A stretch of 64,000 nt of DNA from an uncultured delta proteobacterium (lineage in GTDB: Bacteria > Myxococcota_A > UBA9160 > SMWR01), in contig CAWHTE010000007.1 of NCBI GenBank assembly GCA_963832165.1, forward strand, positions 96,001-160,000. The letters run 5' to 3'. A program made the position numbers and the translations under genes. Within the stretch, counting starts at the first letter, position 1. Every line of letters begins with the position of its first letter. Shown here one piece after another: positions 19,506 through 28,405 of this stretch. The notes under the pieces were generated by a model. It ran no database searches. It saw only the letters and a program-made list of their open reading frames with translations, and was not told the origin of the DNA.

Positions 19506-20849
19506 ATGCCCGCCCAGCCCGCTTCCCCGCCCCGCCCCACCCCCGTGAGCGGCGCCGTGCCCGGCCTCGGCCACACCGCCGAGTTCCTCGCCAACCCGGC
19601 GCTGTTCATGCTCCGCGCGTGGCGCGAGTGCGGTGAGCTCGCGGAGTTCGACCTCGGCGGCGTCCGCAACATCCTGATGGTCGGACCCGAGGCACACGAA
19701 GCGGTGTACCGCGCGCCCGAGGATCAGCTCTCCGCGGCCGAGCCCTACAAGTACATGGTCCCGGTGTTCGGCGAGGGGATCCAGTACGGCGCGCCGCTCG
19801 AGATCGAGCGACAACAGGTGAAGTTCCTGACCCACGCGCTGCGCCCCGACAAGATGAAGGGCTATGCGCGCGTGATCGCGCAGGAAGTGGAGGCCTGGAT
19901 CGCGAGCTGGGGCGACGAGGGCGAGCGCGACTTCTACGACGAGTTCAAGGAGCTCGTGCTGCGCACCTCCACGCACTGCCTGATGGGATCCGAGTTCCGC
20001 GCCAAGCTCACCGAGGAGTTCGGTGCGCTGTTCCACGACCTCGAGCAGGCGATCTCTCCGCAGGCGGTGCTCGACGCACACTCGCCCGACGAGGCATTCG
20101 CGAAGCGCGATCGCGCACGTGCGCGCCTGCAGGAGCTCTTGATGGAGTCGGTGCGCGCACGTCGACGCGTGGGTGGCGACCATCCCGACATGCTCGAGGT
20201 GTTCATGAACGCGCGCTACATCGACGGCAGCGCGCTCCCCGACGAGCTGATCCCGGGAATGGTGGTGTGGATCATGTTCGCGGGCTTCCACACGAGCTCG
20301 AACACGGCGAGCTGGACGGCCGTCGAGCTCGCGCGCAATCCGCAGTGGGTTCCTGCGATCGCGCACGAGATCGACACGGTGTACCGGCCCGGGGGCGATC
20401 TCTCGATCGCGGGGCTGCGCGAGCTGCCTGCGCTCGATCGATTCATCGCCGAGGTGCTGCGGCTGCACCCGCCGCTCGTGACGCTGATGCGCACGGTGAT
20501 GCGCGACTTCGAGTACAAGGGGAATGTGTTCCCGGCCGGCACCGTGCTGGCGATCTCGCCCTACGTCTCGCACCGCGTGCCCGAGGTGTTCCCGGATCCC
20601 GAGCGCTTCGACCCCACGCGCCCGGTTCCGAAGAGCGTGTTCGGCGCGATTCCGTTCGGCGGCGGTCGGCGCAAATGCGTCGGCAACGCGTTCGCGCTGC
20701 TCCAGGTGCAGTCGATCTTCTGTGCGCTGCTCGCGCGCTACCAGTTCGAGCCGGTCGACCCGCCCGAGAGCTACCGTGACGTAATGCCTTCGCTGATCCT
20801 GCGGCCGAGCGAGCCGTGCCTGCTGCGCTATCGCCGACGGAGTGCATGA
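19506..20849 (+). CDS. cyp51: Cytochrome P450 CYP51 family (sterol 14alpha-demethylase-like)
   Basis: YKYMVPVFGEG (SRS1), MFAGFHTSS (I-helix), EVLRLHPPL, PFGGGRRKCVG heme motif; C-terminal PPESYR...RYRRR as in mycobacterial CYP51. Confidence 0.88.
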   Translation: MPAQPASPPRPTPVSGAVPGLGHTAEFLANPALFMLRAWRECGELAEFDLGGVRNILMVGPEAHEAVYRAPEDQLSAAEPYKYMVPVFGEGIQYGAPLEIERQQVKFLTHALRPDKMKGYARVIAQEVEAWIASWGDEGERDFYDEFKELVLRTSTHCLMGSEFRAKLTEEFGALFHDLEQAISPQAVLDAHSPDEAFAKRDRARARLQELLMESVRARRRVGGDHPDMLEVFMNARYIDGSALPDELIPGMVVWIMFAGFHTSSNTASWTAVELARNPQWVPAIAHEIDTVYRPGGDLSIAGLRELPALDRFIAEVLRLHPPLVTLMRTVMRDFEYKGNVFPAGTVLAISPYVSHRVPEVFPDPERFDPTRPVPKSVFGAIPFGGGRRKCVGNAFALLQVQSIFCALLARYQFEPVDPPESYRDVMPSLILRPSEPCLLRYRRRSA

Positions 20850-21058
20850 CCATGCGAGTCGTCGTCGACCTCGACCTGTGTCAGGGACACGGCGTCTGCC
20901 AGAGCGAGGCGCCCGAGATCTTCCGCGTCGTCGATCGCCCGGGCGAGTACGCGCGCGTGGAGGTGATCCTCGAGCGGCCGCCCGAAGAGCTGCGCGTGCC
21001 GGCACAAGCCGCTGCGCGCTACTGCCCGAGCCGCGTGATCACGATCGTCGAGGACTGA
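20846..21058 (+). CDS. fdx: 3Fe-4S type ferredoxin
   Basis: CQGHGVC...CP motif (CxxHxxC); ATGA overlap with cyp51. Confidence 0.92.
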   Translation: MTMRVVVDLDLCQGHGVCQSEAPEIFRVVDRPGEYARVEVILERPPEELRVPAQAAARYCPSRVITIVED

Positions 21059-21065
21059 GGCGGCG

Positions 21066-21905
21066 TTGGCGCACGGCGAATCCGCGTGGTTCTCGCACAA
21101 TCCCGACAAGGCTTGGGCAGAGAAGCTCTTCCTGACCTTCATCCCCGTGTTCGTGATCTACAACGCGGTGATGCAGCAGATGGGCTGGCTCGACGCGGGC
21201 ACCTTCTGGCACGTGGTCCAGAACGCAGCGATGTGGCTGCCCTACTGCGTGCTGTTGCCCGCGTGGCTGCGGCGGAACAGCGATGTGCCGTGGACCAGCA
21301 GCTACTGGTTCAAGCTGAACGTGTACATGGCAGTCTGGGTGTTCTTCGCCACCTACTACCACACCGAGTACTTCTTCGAGCTGCTCGGCCTTCGCTACCG
21401 CTTCCCCGCCGTGCACGCCTACTTCGATTCGGCGCTGATCGGACCCGACGAGGCGACCGCCGCAGCTGAGTGGAAGAAGGTGCCCGTGGGCATGTATCTC
21501 AACTCGGTGGCGTTCTTCCTCGTCTACCACAGCGCCGCGGTCGTGTGCATGCGGCGCGTGCGGCGCTTCACGCTTCCCTGGAGCGCGGCGGCGCGACGCG
21601 CGGGCTGGGTCGCGATCGTCACCGCGACGGCGCTCTTCTTCGCGTGGGCGGAGACCTACCTCTACATCACCGACGATGCCGCCGCGAACGTCTGGTACGT
21701 CGATGTGAACGCGATGCTGCGCTTCGGCTCGTTCTTCTACGCGATGTACTTCATCGTGAGCTTCCCGAACGTATTCCGGCTCGACGAGGATCCGGGCGCG
21801 CCGCGTTGGACCCTCTCGCGCACGGTGATCGAGGCCTGCTTCGTCGCGATCGTGAGCATGACGCTGCTCGACTTCTGGGCGAGCTGGATCGGCCCGATCG
21901 CATGA
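21066..21905 (+). CDS. CPI1: Cycloeucalenol cycloisomerase / cyclopropylsterol isomerase homologue
   Basis: Colinear motifs with plant CPI1 as recalled: NPDKAWAE, YWFKLN, TYYHTEYFF.LLG.RY.FP, FLVYH, AET, FYAMYFIVSFP..FRLDE, W.LSR, LLDFW...GPI; polytopic membrane protein; TTG start. Confidence 0.85.
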   Translation: MAHGESAWFSHNPDKAWAEKLFLTFIPVFVIYNAVMQQMGWLDAGTFWHVVQNAAMWLPYCVLLPAWLRRNSDVPWTSSYWFKLNVYMAVWVFFATYYHTEYFFELLGLRYRFPAVHAYFDSALIGPDEATAAAEWKKVPVGMYLNSVAFFLVYHSAAVVCMRRVRRFTLPWSAAARRAGWVAIVTATALFFAWAETYLYITDDAAANVWYVDVNAMLRFGSFFYAMYFIVSFPNVFRLDEDPGAPRWTLSRTVIEACFVAIVSMTLLDFWASWIGPIA

Positions 21906-22924
21906 GGGTGCTCGTGACCGGCGCAACCGGGATGATCGGCTGCCACGCGGCGGCGGCGCTCGCCCGCGCGGGACACGAGGTGCGCGCGCTCGTGCGCGAT
22001 CCGCACAAGCTCGACCGCGTGATGGCTCCGTTCGGACTCGCGGGCGCGATCGAAGCGCGCTCGGGAGACGTCACCGACCCGGCGTCGGTTGGCGAGGCGC
22101 TGCGCGGCTGCGACGCTCTGATCCACAGCGCAGGACTGTTCTCGCACGCGCTCTCCGACGCGGCGCTGCTCCAGGCCGTGAACATGCGCGGCACCGAGAC
22201 CGTGCTGAGCGCGGGCTGCAAGGCGGGCCTCGCGCGGATCGTGTTCGTGTCGAGCGCGCTCGCGCTGTTTCCGCCGCCGGGTCCACTGATGCGCGCGTCC
22301 GACGCGGTGGCGAGCCCGGCGACGATGTACTCGGCGTGCAAGGCGGAGGCCGAGCGCTGCGCGCGCGCTCTCCAGGACGGCGGAGCACCGATCGTCACCG
22401 TCTATCCATTCTCGGTGCTCGGCCCGAACGATCCGACCGTCGGCAGCGGCCCGGGCGTGCTCGCGATGGGTCTGCGCGCGGGACACGTCCTCGTTACCGA
22501 GGGCGGGCTCGCCCACACCGACGTACGAGACCTCGCCGACCTGTTCGCCGCGCTCGTCGCCGCCGCCGACCCGCCCCCGCGCGTGATGGCGACCGCGGCG
22601 TTCGTCGCGCACGAGCGCTACTTCGAGCTGCTCGCGCAGCTGACCGGCCGCAGCGACCTCGTGGCCCAGCGCATCCCCGGCCGCGTGCTGCGCGCGCTCG
22701 GCCGCGCCGGAGATCTCGCGCAGCGCTGGCTCGGCCGCTCCCCGCAGCTCACCGGGGAGGCCGCCCAGATCCTCACGCGCAGCGTCCCGGTCGACGATCG
22801 CGAGGCACGCGCGCTGCTCGGCCGCGCGCCGACGGCGATCGAGGACTCACTGCGCGACACGATCGCCTGGATGGCCGCGACCGGCGTGATCCCGCCGCGC
22901 TGCGCCGGGCGCCTTTCCGTCTAG
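21902..22924 (+). CDS. Extended SDR, NAD-dependent epimerase/dehydratase / 3beta-HSD-like
   Basis: TGATGMIG, VSS, YSACK motifs; ATGA overlap. Confidence 0.85.
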   Translation: MRVLVTGATGMIGCHAAAALARAGHEVRALVRDPHKLDRVMAPFGLAGAIEARSGDVTDPASVGEALRGCDALIHSAGLFSHALSDAALLQAVNMRGTETVLSAGCKAGLARIVFVSSALALFPPPGPLMRASDAVASPATMYSACKAEAERCARALQDGGAPIVTVYPFSVLGPNDPTVGSGPGVLAMGLRAGHVLVTEGGLAHTDVRDLADLFAALVAAADPPPRVMATAAFVAHERYFELLAQLTGRSDLVAQRIPGRVLRALGRAGDLAQRWLGRSPQLTGEAAQILTRSVPVDDREARALLGRAPTAIEDSLRDTIAWMAATGVIPPRCAGRLSV

Positions 22925-23042
22925 CATCGGTCCTGCGGAATCGCGCTGCCCGCGGCTGGTGTCGTGTCCCAGGACATGGCGCGGATCTACCAGGTGAAGG
23001 ACGCGGCGCGCCGCTAGCGGCGGCAGCGTCTAGACTCTCGCG

Positions 23043-24662
23043 ATGCACTTCCCCGATCTCTCCGATCCGCGCGACCGCACGCTGCATGGCGTGCTGCGCC
23101 GCCAGGCCGAGGCGAACCCCAACGCTACCTACCTGCACGTCGACGACGAGCGGATCTCCTACGCGGAGGTGCTCGCGCGCTCGAACGCGTGGGCTGCGGC
23201 GCTGCGCGAGCTCGGCGTCGCGCGCGGCGATTCGGTCGCGTTCCTGCTCAAGAGCAGCCCCGATTTCGTGTACGCGACCTTCGGCTGCCTCCAGCTCGGT
23301 GCGATCTGGATTCCCGTGAACGTCGACTATCGCGGCGCATGGCTGCGCGCGACGCTCGAGGACGCCGCCGCGCGCGTGCTCGTCGTCGACGCAGAGCTGG
23401 TGCCGCGCGTGGCGGAGGTCGCCACGGGCCTGCTCTTCGAGCGCGCGATCGTGCTCGGCGACGCGAGCGCGCGCAGCGCGCTGCCGTGGCCCGCGATCTC
23501 CGCCTCGGACATCGCGAGACGGGTCGGCAAGGTCGCGGCGCCGGAAGATCCCGGCACGGGCCCCGGCGACACCGCGTGCGTGCTCTGGACGTCGGGCACC
23601 ACGGGGCGCTCGAAGGGCGTGATGCAGAGCCACAACGTGTGGATCCGCGCCGCGCTCTCGGGGGCGCAGAACTCCGGGATTCGCGACGGAGACGTGCTCT
23701 ACGGCTGTCTGCCCATGTACAACTCGGCGGCCTGGGTGGCGCACGTGTACCGCGCGCTCGTGGCCGGGATTCCGGTCGGACTCGATCCGGCCTTCTCCGT
23801 GCAGACGTTCTGGGACCGCATCCGACACTACGGCGCGACGCAGATCTTCACGCTCGGCACCATGCACATCTACCTGTGGCAGGCGCCCGAACGCGCCGAC
23901 GACGCGCAGAACCCGGTGCGCCACGCAGGCTGCATTCCGATGCCCGATCAGCTCATCGACCCGTTCAAGAAGCGCTTCGGGATCGAGTCGCTCGACCAGG
24001 GCTACGGCCAGAGCGAGGTGCTCGGCTTGCTGCACCGCTACGACACGCTGCCGAGGAAGCCCGGCTCGCTCGGCCAGCCGCTACCGGGTCTCGAAGTGGC
24101 CCTGCTCGACGACGACGATCGGACCGTCGCGCCCGGTGGGGTGGGCGAGTTCTGCGTTCGGCCGACCGAGCCGAACACGATCTTCTCCGGCTATTGGAAC
24201 AACCCAGAGGCGACGGTCGCTGCGTGGCGCAACCTCTGGTACCACACGGGCGATCTCGGCCGGCGCGACGAGGATGGCGACTGGTTCTTCGTCGACCGCA
24301 AGAAGGACTACATCCGCCACAAGGGCCGCAACATGTCCTCGTTCGAGGTGGAGCGGACGTTCGCGGCGCACCCTGCCGTGTCGGAGGCTGCGGCGATCGG
24401 CATTCCCGACCCGAACCTCCCGAGCGAGGCCGAGCTCATGGTGTTCGTGAAGCTCAAGGAAGGAGCAAGCGTGACGCCGGCCGAGCTCGCGCGCTTCGTG
24501 AACGACAATGCACCCTACTTCTTCGTACCGCGCTATCTCGAGATCGCCGACGATCTGCCGCACACGCCGACCGGCCGCGTGCAGAAGTTCGCGCTGCGCG
24601 AGCGCGGCGTCGGGCCTGCGACGTGGGATCGCGTGGCCGCCGGATTCGAAGTGACGCGATGA
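23043..24662 (+). CDS. AMP-dependent acyl-CoA ligase (CaiC-like)
   Basis: WTSGTTGRSKG, GYGQSE, WYHTGD, DRKKD. Confidence 0.92.
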   Translation: MHFPDLSDPRDRTLHGVLRRQAEANPNATYLHVDDERISYAEVLARSNAWAAALRELGVARGDSVAFLLKSSPDFVYATFGCLQLGAIWIPVNVDYRGAWLRATLEDAAARVLVVDAELVPRVAEVATGLLFERAIVLGDASARSALPWPAISASDIARRVGKVAAPEDPGTGPGDTACVLWTSGTTGRSKGVMQSHNVWIRAALSGAQNSGIRDGDVLYGCLPMYNSAAWVAHVYRALVAGIPVGLDPAFSVQTFWDRIRHYGATQIFTLGTMHIYLWQAPERADDAQNPVRHAGCIPMPDQLIDPFKKRFGIESLDQGYGQSEVLGLLHRYDTLPRKPGSLGQPLPGLEVALLDDDDRTVAPGGVGEFCVRPTEPNTIFSGYWNNPEATVAAWRNLWYHTGDLGRRDEDGDWFFVDRKKDYIRHKGRNMSSFEVERTFAAHPAVSEAAAIGIPDPNLPSEAELMVFVKLKEGASVTPAELARFVNDNAPYFFVPRYLEIADDLPHTPTGRVQKFALRERGVGPATWDRVAAGFEVTR

Positions 24663-25510
24663 AGGAGCTCTTGCGCTGGCAGGTCGGCGACGTGCGGATC
24701 ACGCGCGTGCAGGAGCTCGAGGCACCCGACATCCGTTTCGTGCTCCGCGATGCGACGGTCGAGAACCTCGCCGAGATCGACTGGCTCGGACCGTTCCTGG
24801 CGCCGGGCGGCCATGCGCTCGCGTCGGTGCACACGCTGATCCTCGAGGTCGGCGAGCGGCGGATCGCCGTGGACACCTGCATCGGCAACGACAAGCCGCG
24901 CCCGATCCCGGCCTGGAGCATGCTCGAAGGCCCGTTCCTCGAGGATCTCGACAAGGCGGGCTTTGCACCGCCGTCGATCGACACGGTGATCTGCACACAT
25001 CTCCACATCGATCACGTGGGCTGGAACACGCGGCTCGTCGACGACCGGTGGGTTCCGACGTTCCCGAATGCGCGCTATCTGCTCGCGCGGTCCGAGTGGG
25101 AGCATTGGTCGGCCGACGCCAATCCGATCAACCAGACCGTGCTCGGCGATTCCGTGCGCCCGATCTTCGATGCGGGGCTCGTCGATCTCGTCGAGACGGA
25201 TCACGCGGTCGACGCCGCGGTGAGCCTCGAGCCGACGCCGGGACACACGCCCGGACACGTGTCGGTGCACGTGCGATCGCGCGGCGAGGAGGCCGTGATC
25301 ACCGGCGACCTCGTGCACCATCCCGCGCAGTTCGCGAGGCCGCACTGGGGCGCGCAGGTGGACTGGGACCGCGCACAGGCCGACCGCACGCGGCGCGAGT
25401 TCATGGCGCGTTATGCGGATACACCCGTGCTCGTGATCGGAACGCACTTCGCGGGGCCCACCGCGGGACGCCTCGTGCGCGACGGCGACGCGTACCGGCT
25501 CGACGTGTAG
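24659..25510 (+). CDS. Metallo-beta-lactamase fold hydrolase
   Basis: THLHIDHVGWN; PGHTPGH; GDLVHHP; ATGA overlap. Confidence 0.9.
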   Translation: MKELLRWQVGDVRITRVQELEAPDIRFVLRDATVENLAEIDWLGPFLAPGGHALASVHTLILEVGERRIAVDTCIGNDKPRPIPAWSMLEGPFLEDLDKAGFAPPSIDTVICTHLHIDHVGWNTRLVDDRWVPTFPNARYLLARSEWEHWSADANPINQTVLGDSVRPIFDAGLVDLVETDHAVDAAVSLEPTPGHTPGHVSVHVRSRGEEAVITGDLVHHPAQFARPHWGAQVDWDRAQADRTRREFMARYADTPVLVIGTHFAGPTAGRLVRDGDAYRLDV

Positions 25511-25511
25511 G

Positions 25512-26174
25512 TTACTTCCGCTCCTCGAGGCCGTTCTTCTGGAGGCGCCACAGCAGCACGTCGAGGCGGTCCTGTCCGAAGAACGGCTCGCCGCGGAATG
25601 CGCAGGTCGGCACGCCCCAGTGTCCGGCCGCCTCGTGGTCGTTCTGGCTCTGCTCGATCACGGCCTCGATCCGGTCGCGCTCCTTGTGCGCGAGCTCGTC
25701 GAGCTCGGCGAGGTCGAGACCCGCGCGCCGCGCAGCCGCCGCGAGGTGATCGCCCGCATCCCAGTTCGGCGTGCCGCCCCAGATCACGCGGCCGACCTCG
25801 TCGGCGAACTCGATGCCGTGGCCGCGCTCCTCGGCCAGCACACCGAGCCGCGTCAGCCGATGGATGTAGGGCTGCTCGCTGCCGGTCACGAAACGGCCGT
25901 CGCGCACCTCCTGCACGACGGGATCCGGCTTCGGCGGCGCCATCGGCAGCCCGAGGTACTCGGCCACGCGGAACAGGTCGCGCATGAAGTAGCTGGGCCA
26001 GAGCTTGTGCACGCGGTCGAAGAACTCGGGCGTGCGGATCGCGAGCGGATACACGGGACGGAAGCGCACGCGCAGCGCATAGCGCTGCTGCCACTCGCGC
26101 AGCCGCGGCGTCGCGAGGTACGACCATGGACTCCGAAACGACCAGAAGACGTCGATCTCGAGCGGGTCCGCCAC
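25512..26174 (-). CDS. DsbA family / 2-hydroxychromene-2-carboxylate isomerase-like
   Basis: WSFRSPWSYL; WGVPT; FFGQDR. Confidence 0.88.
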   Translation of the reverse strand: MADPLEIDVFWSFRSPWSYLATPRLREWQQRYALRVRFRPVYPLAIRTPEFFDRVHKLWPSYFMRDLFRVAEYLGLPMAPPKPDPVVQEVRDGRFVTGSEQPYIHRLTRLGVLAEERGHGIEFADEVGRVIWGGTPNWDAGDHLAAAARRAGLDLAELDELAHKERDRIEAVIEQSQNDHEAAGHWGVPTCAFRGEPFFGQDRLDVLLWRLQKNGLEERK

Positions 26175-26180
26175 GGCGGC

Positions 26181-27224
26181 TTACAGGAGCTCTTCGGCGA
26201 GCAGCTCGAGCGCTTCCGGCTGACCGGAGCCGACCTGGATCGTGTCGATCCAACGCTTCTTGCCCGCCTCCTTCCAGACCTGCAGGCGATCGCGGATCTG
26301 CTCCTTCGAGCCCACCAGGTGCACGGCGTCGACGAGCTCGTCGGGTACCGCCGCGGCGGCTTCGAACTTCTTTCCATCGAGGAAGAGGTTCTGGATCTTC
26401 ACCGCGGCTTCCTCGTAGCCCAACCGCTTCGCGAGATCGTTGTAGAAGTTCTTGTCGCGCGCGCCCATGCCGCCGATGTAGAGCGCGAGCATGCCCTTCA
26501 CGGGCATGCGCGCCTTCTCGACGTCGTCGCTGATGATCACGCTGACCATCGCGACGACGTTGAAGTTCGCGAGGCTCTTCCCTCCGCCCGCCTTCGCGAA
26601 ACCCTCCTGCAGATAGGGCAGGTACACGGAGTCGAAATTCTCCGGGTCCACCATCATCGGAAATACGCCGTCGGCGACTTCGCCCGCGCAGCGCATGCCG
26701 GCGGGGCTGATCGACGCGGTGTAGATCGGCAGGTTCGGATTGCCGTGCAGGATGCTCTTGAGCGGCTTGCCGTGACCGGTCGTGCCCGGGCCCGTCACCG
26801 GGATGTCGTAGTGCTCGCCGTGGAACTCGACCGGCTTTTCGCGCGCGAGGATCTGGCGCACGATCGCGATGTACTCGCGCGTGCGCGTGAGCGGCTTGCC
26901 ATACGGCACGCCGTGCCAGCCCTCGATGACCTGCGGGCCCGAGGGCCCGAGGCCCAGGATGAAGCGTCCGCCCGAGAGGTGATCGAGCGTCATCGCCGTC
27001 ATGGCCGTCATCGCGGGCGTGCGCGCGGGCATCTGCATGATCGCGGTGCCGCAGCGCAGCTTGGTCGTGTTCGCGAGCACCCACGTCGCCGTCGTGACGG
27101 CGTCGTTGCCGTACGCCTCGGCGGTCCAGGCCGAGTCGAATCCGAGCGACTCGGCGCGCTTCACGAAGTCCAGATTGATGCTCGCCTTGGCCCCGAACGG
27201 CGCCACACCGATTCCGAGTTTCAT
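26181..27224 (-). CDS. LLM-class, probably F420-dependent oxidoreductase
   Basis: WTAEAYG.DA, ARTPAMTAM, LGLGPSGPQVIEGWHG, ALYIGGMGARDKNFY. Confidence 0.9.
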   Translation of the reverse strand: MKLGIGVAPFGAKASINLDFVKRAESLGFDSAWTAEAYGNDAVTTATWVLANTTKLRCGTAIMQMPARTPAMTAMTAMTLDHLSGGRFILGLGPSGPQVIEGWHGVPYGKPLTRTREYIAIVRQILAREKPVEFHGEHYDIPVTGPGTTGHGKPLKSILHGNPNLPIYTASISPAGMRCAGEVADGVFPMMVDPENFDSVYLPYLQEGFAKAGGGKSLANFNVVAMVSVIISDDVEKARMPVKGMLALYIGGMGARDKNFYNDLAKRLGYEEAAVKIQNLFLDGKKFEAAAAVPDELVDAVHLVGSKEQIRDRLQVWKEAGKKRWIDTIQVGSGQPEALELLAEELL

Positions 27225-27267
27225 CTCTCCCTCCTATCCACCTTTAGGGGCTTGCATCATCGCACAT

Positions 27268-28338
27268 TCACGGCTGGGACACGTCGATCGCCTGCGACCC
27301 GCTCGGCAGCGAGATCCGGGTGCCGTCGCGGCCCAGTGTAATGCCACCCGAGAACGCGCCGGAGACCCCGTCGAGGAATGCGCTCTCGAGCCCGGGCACG
27401 GGCAGCGGCGGAACGACGTGGTAGAAGAGCAGATGGCGCGCACCCGCGGCCTGCGCGAGCTCACCGGCCTCGACCGGTGTGGTGTGATAGTCGGGGATGT
27501 CCGTGGTGATCTTCGCGAGCCCGGCATTTCCCGCGCTCTCCGCGGCGTCGTGCAGGATCGCCACGAGCTGCGGCGACAGCGCCTCGTGCACGATCAGGTC
27601 CACGCCGCGCGCCTGGGTCAGCAGGCTCTCGGACTTGCGCGTGTCGCCGCTGACCACGAGCGAGCGGCCGCCGTAGTCGAAGCGGTAGCCGACCGCGGGG
27701 ACGACCGGCTCGTGCTCGACGCGAAACACGCTCACGCGGATGCCGTCGCGCTCCCAGAGTACGCGCGCCGCGCCGAGCGCGGGCGCATCGAACGGACGCG
27801 CATCGAAACCCGCGCCTTCGGGCGGAACCACGGCGGCCCCGTGGTGCGCGACGCGGTAGCGCGCGTCGTGCTGATAGGCGCGATCGAAGCCCTCGGCGAC
27901 GTCCAGCAGACCCTCCGGACCGTAGAGCGGGAGCGGGTCGCGATGGCTGCCTCCCACCCAGCGCAGCAGTCCCAGCTCGCCGAGCCCGTCGATGTGATCG
28001 CTGTGATAGTGGGTCAGGAATACGGCCGCGGCGCGGGCGGGCGCCCAGCCGATCGGCCCTTGCAGGTTGCGCGCTCCGTTCGTGCCCGCGTCCACCACGA
28101 ACAGCGTGCGCCCCGCGACGACCGCGACGCACGGTCCCGACCGGTTCGAGCTCGGCATCGGGCCGCCTGCGCCGCACAGCGCCACGTGCAATCCGTCGGG
28201 CAGGTCGGCGATCGGATCGGCCGCGAGCGCGCGTTCGGCGCCCGTGCGCATCACGCGCTTGGCGATCGGCCCGCACGCGGCGATCCCGATCGAGCCGACG
28301 GCGGCGACGGCGATTACCGCAGCGAGCGTTCTGCGCAT
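27268..28338 (-). CDS. RNase Z/arylsulfatase-like MBL-fold hydrolase with lipoprotein-type signal
   Basis: THYHSDH, VEH.PV.PAVGYR, SGDT, HEA, DYHT; N-terminal IAAC. Confidence 0.85.
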   Translation of the reverse strand: MRRTLAAVIAVAAVGSIGIAACGPIAKRVMRTGAERALAADPIADLPDGLHVALCGAGGPMPSSNRSGPCVAVVAGRTLFVVDAGTNGARNLQGPIGWAPARAAAVFLTHYHSDHIDGLGELGLLRWVGGSHRDPLPLYGPEGLLDVAEGFDRAYQHDARYRVAHHGAAVVPPEGAGFDARPFDAPALGAARVLWERDGIRVSVFRVEHEPVVPAVGYRFDYGGRSLVVSGDTRKSESLLTQARGVDLIVHEALSPQLVAILHDAAESAGNAGLAKITTDIPDYHTTPVEAGELAQAAGARHLLFYHVVPPLPVPGLESAFLDGVSGAFSGGITLGRDGTRISLPSGSQAIDVSQP

Positions 28339-28405
28339 GTGCTCCTCCGGATACCTGTTGAGCGCCACACTATACTGCTGCGAGCATTCCCGGAGGTGCG
28401 AAGAG

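Noticed and set aside
19506..22924. Calling this a complete sterol biosynthesis cluster
   Set aside because: No squalene synthase, epoxidase, oxidosqualene cyclase or sterol reductase in the window
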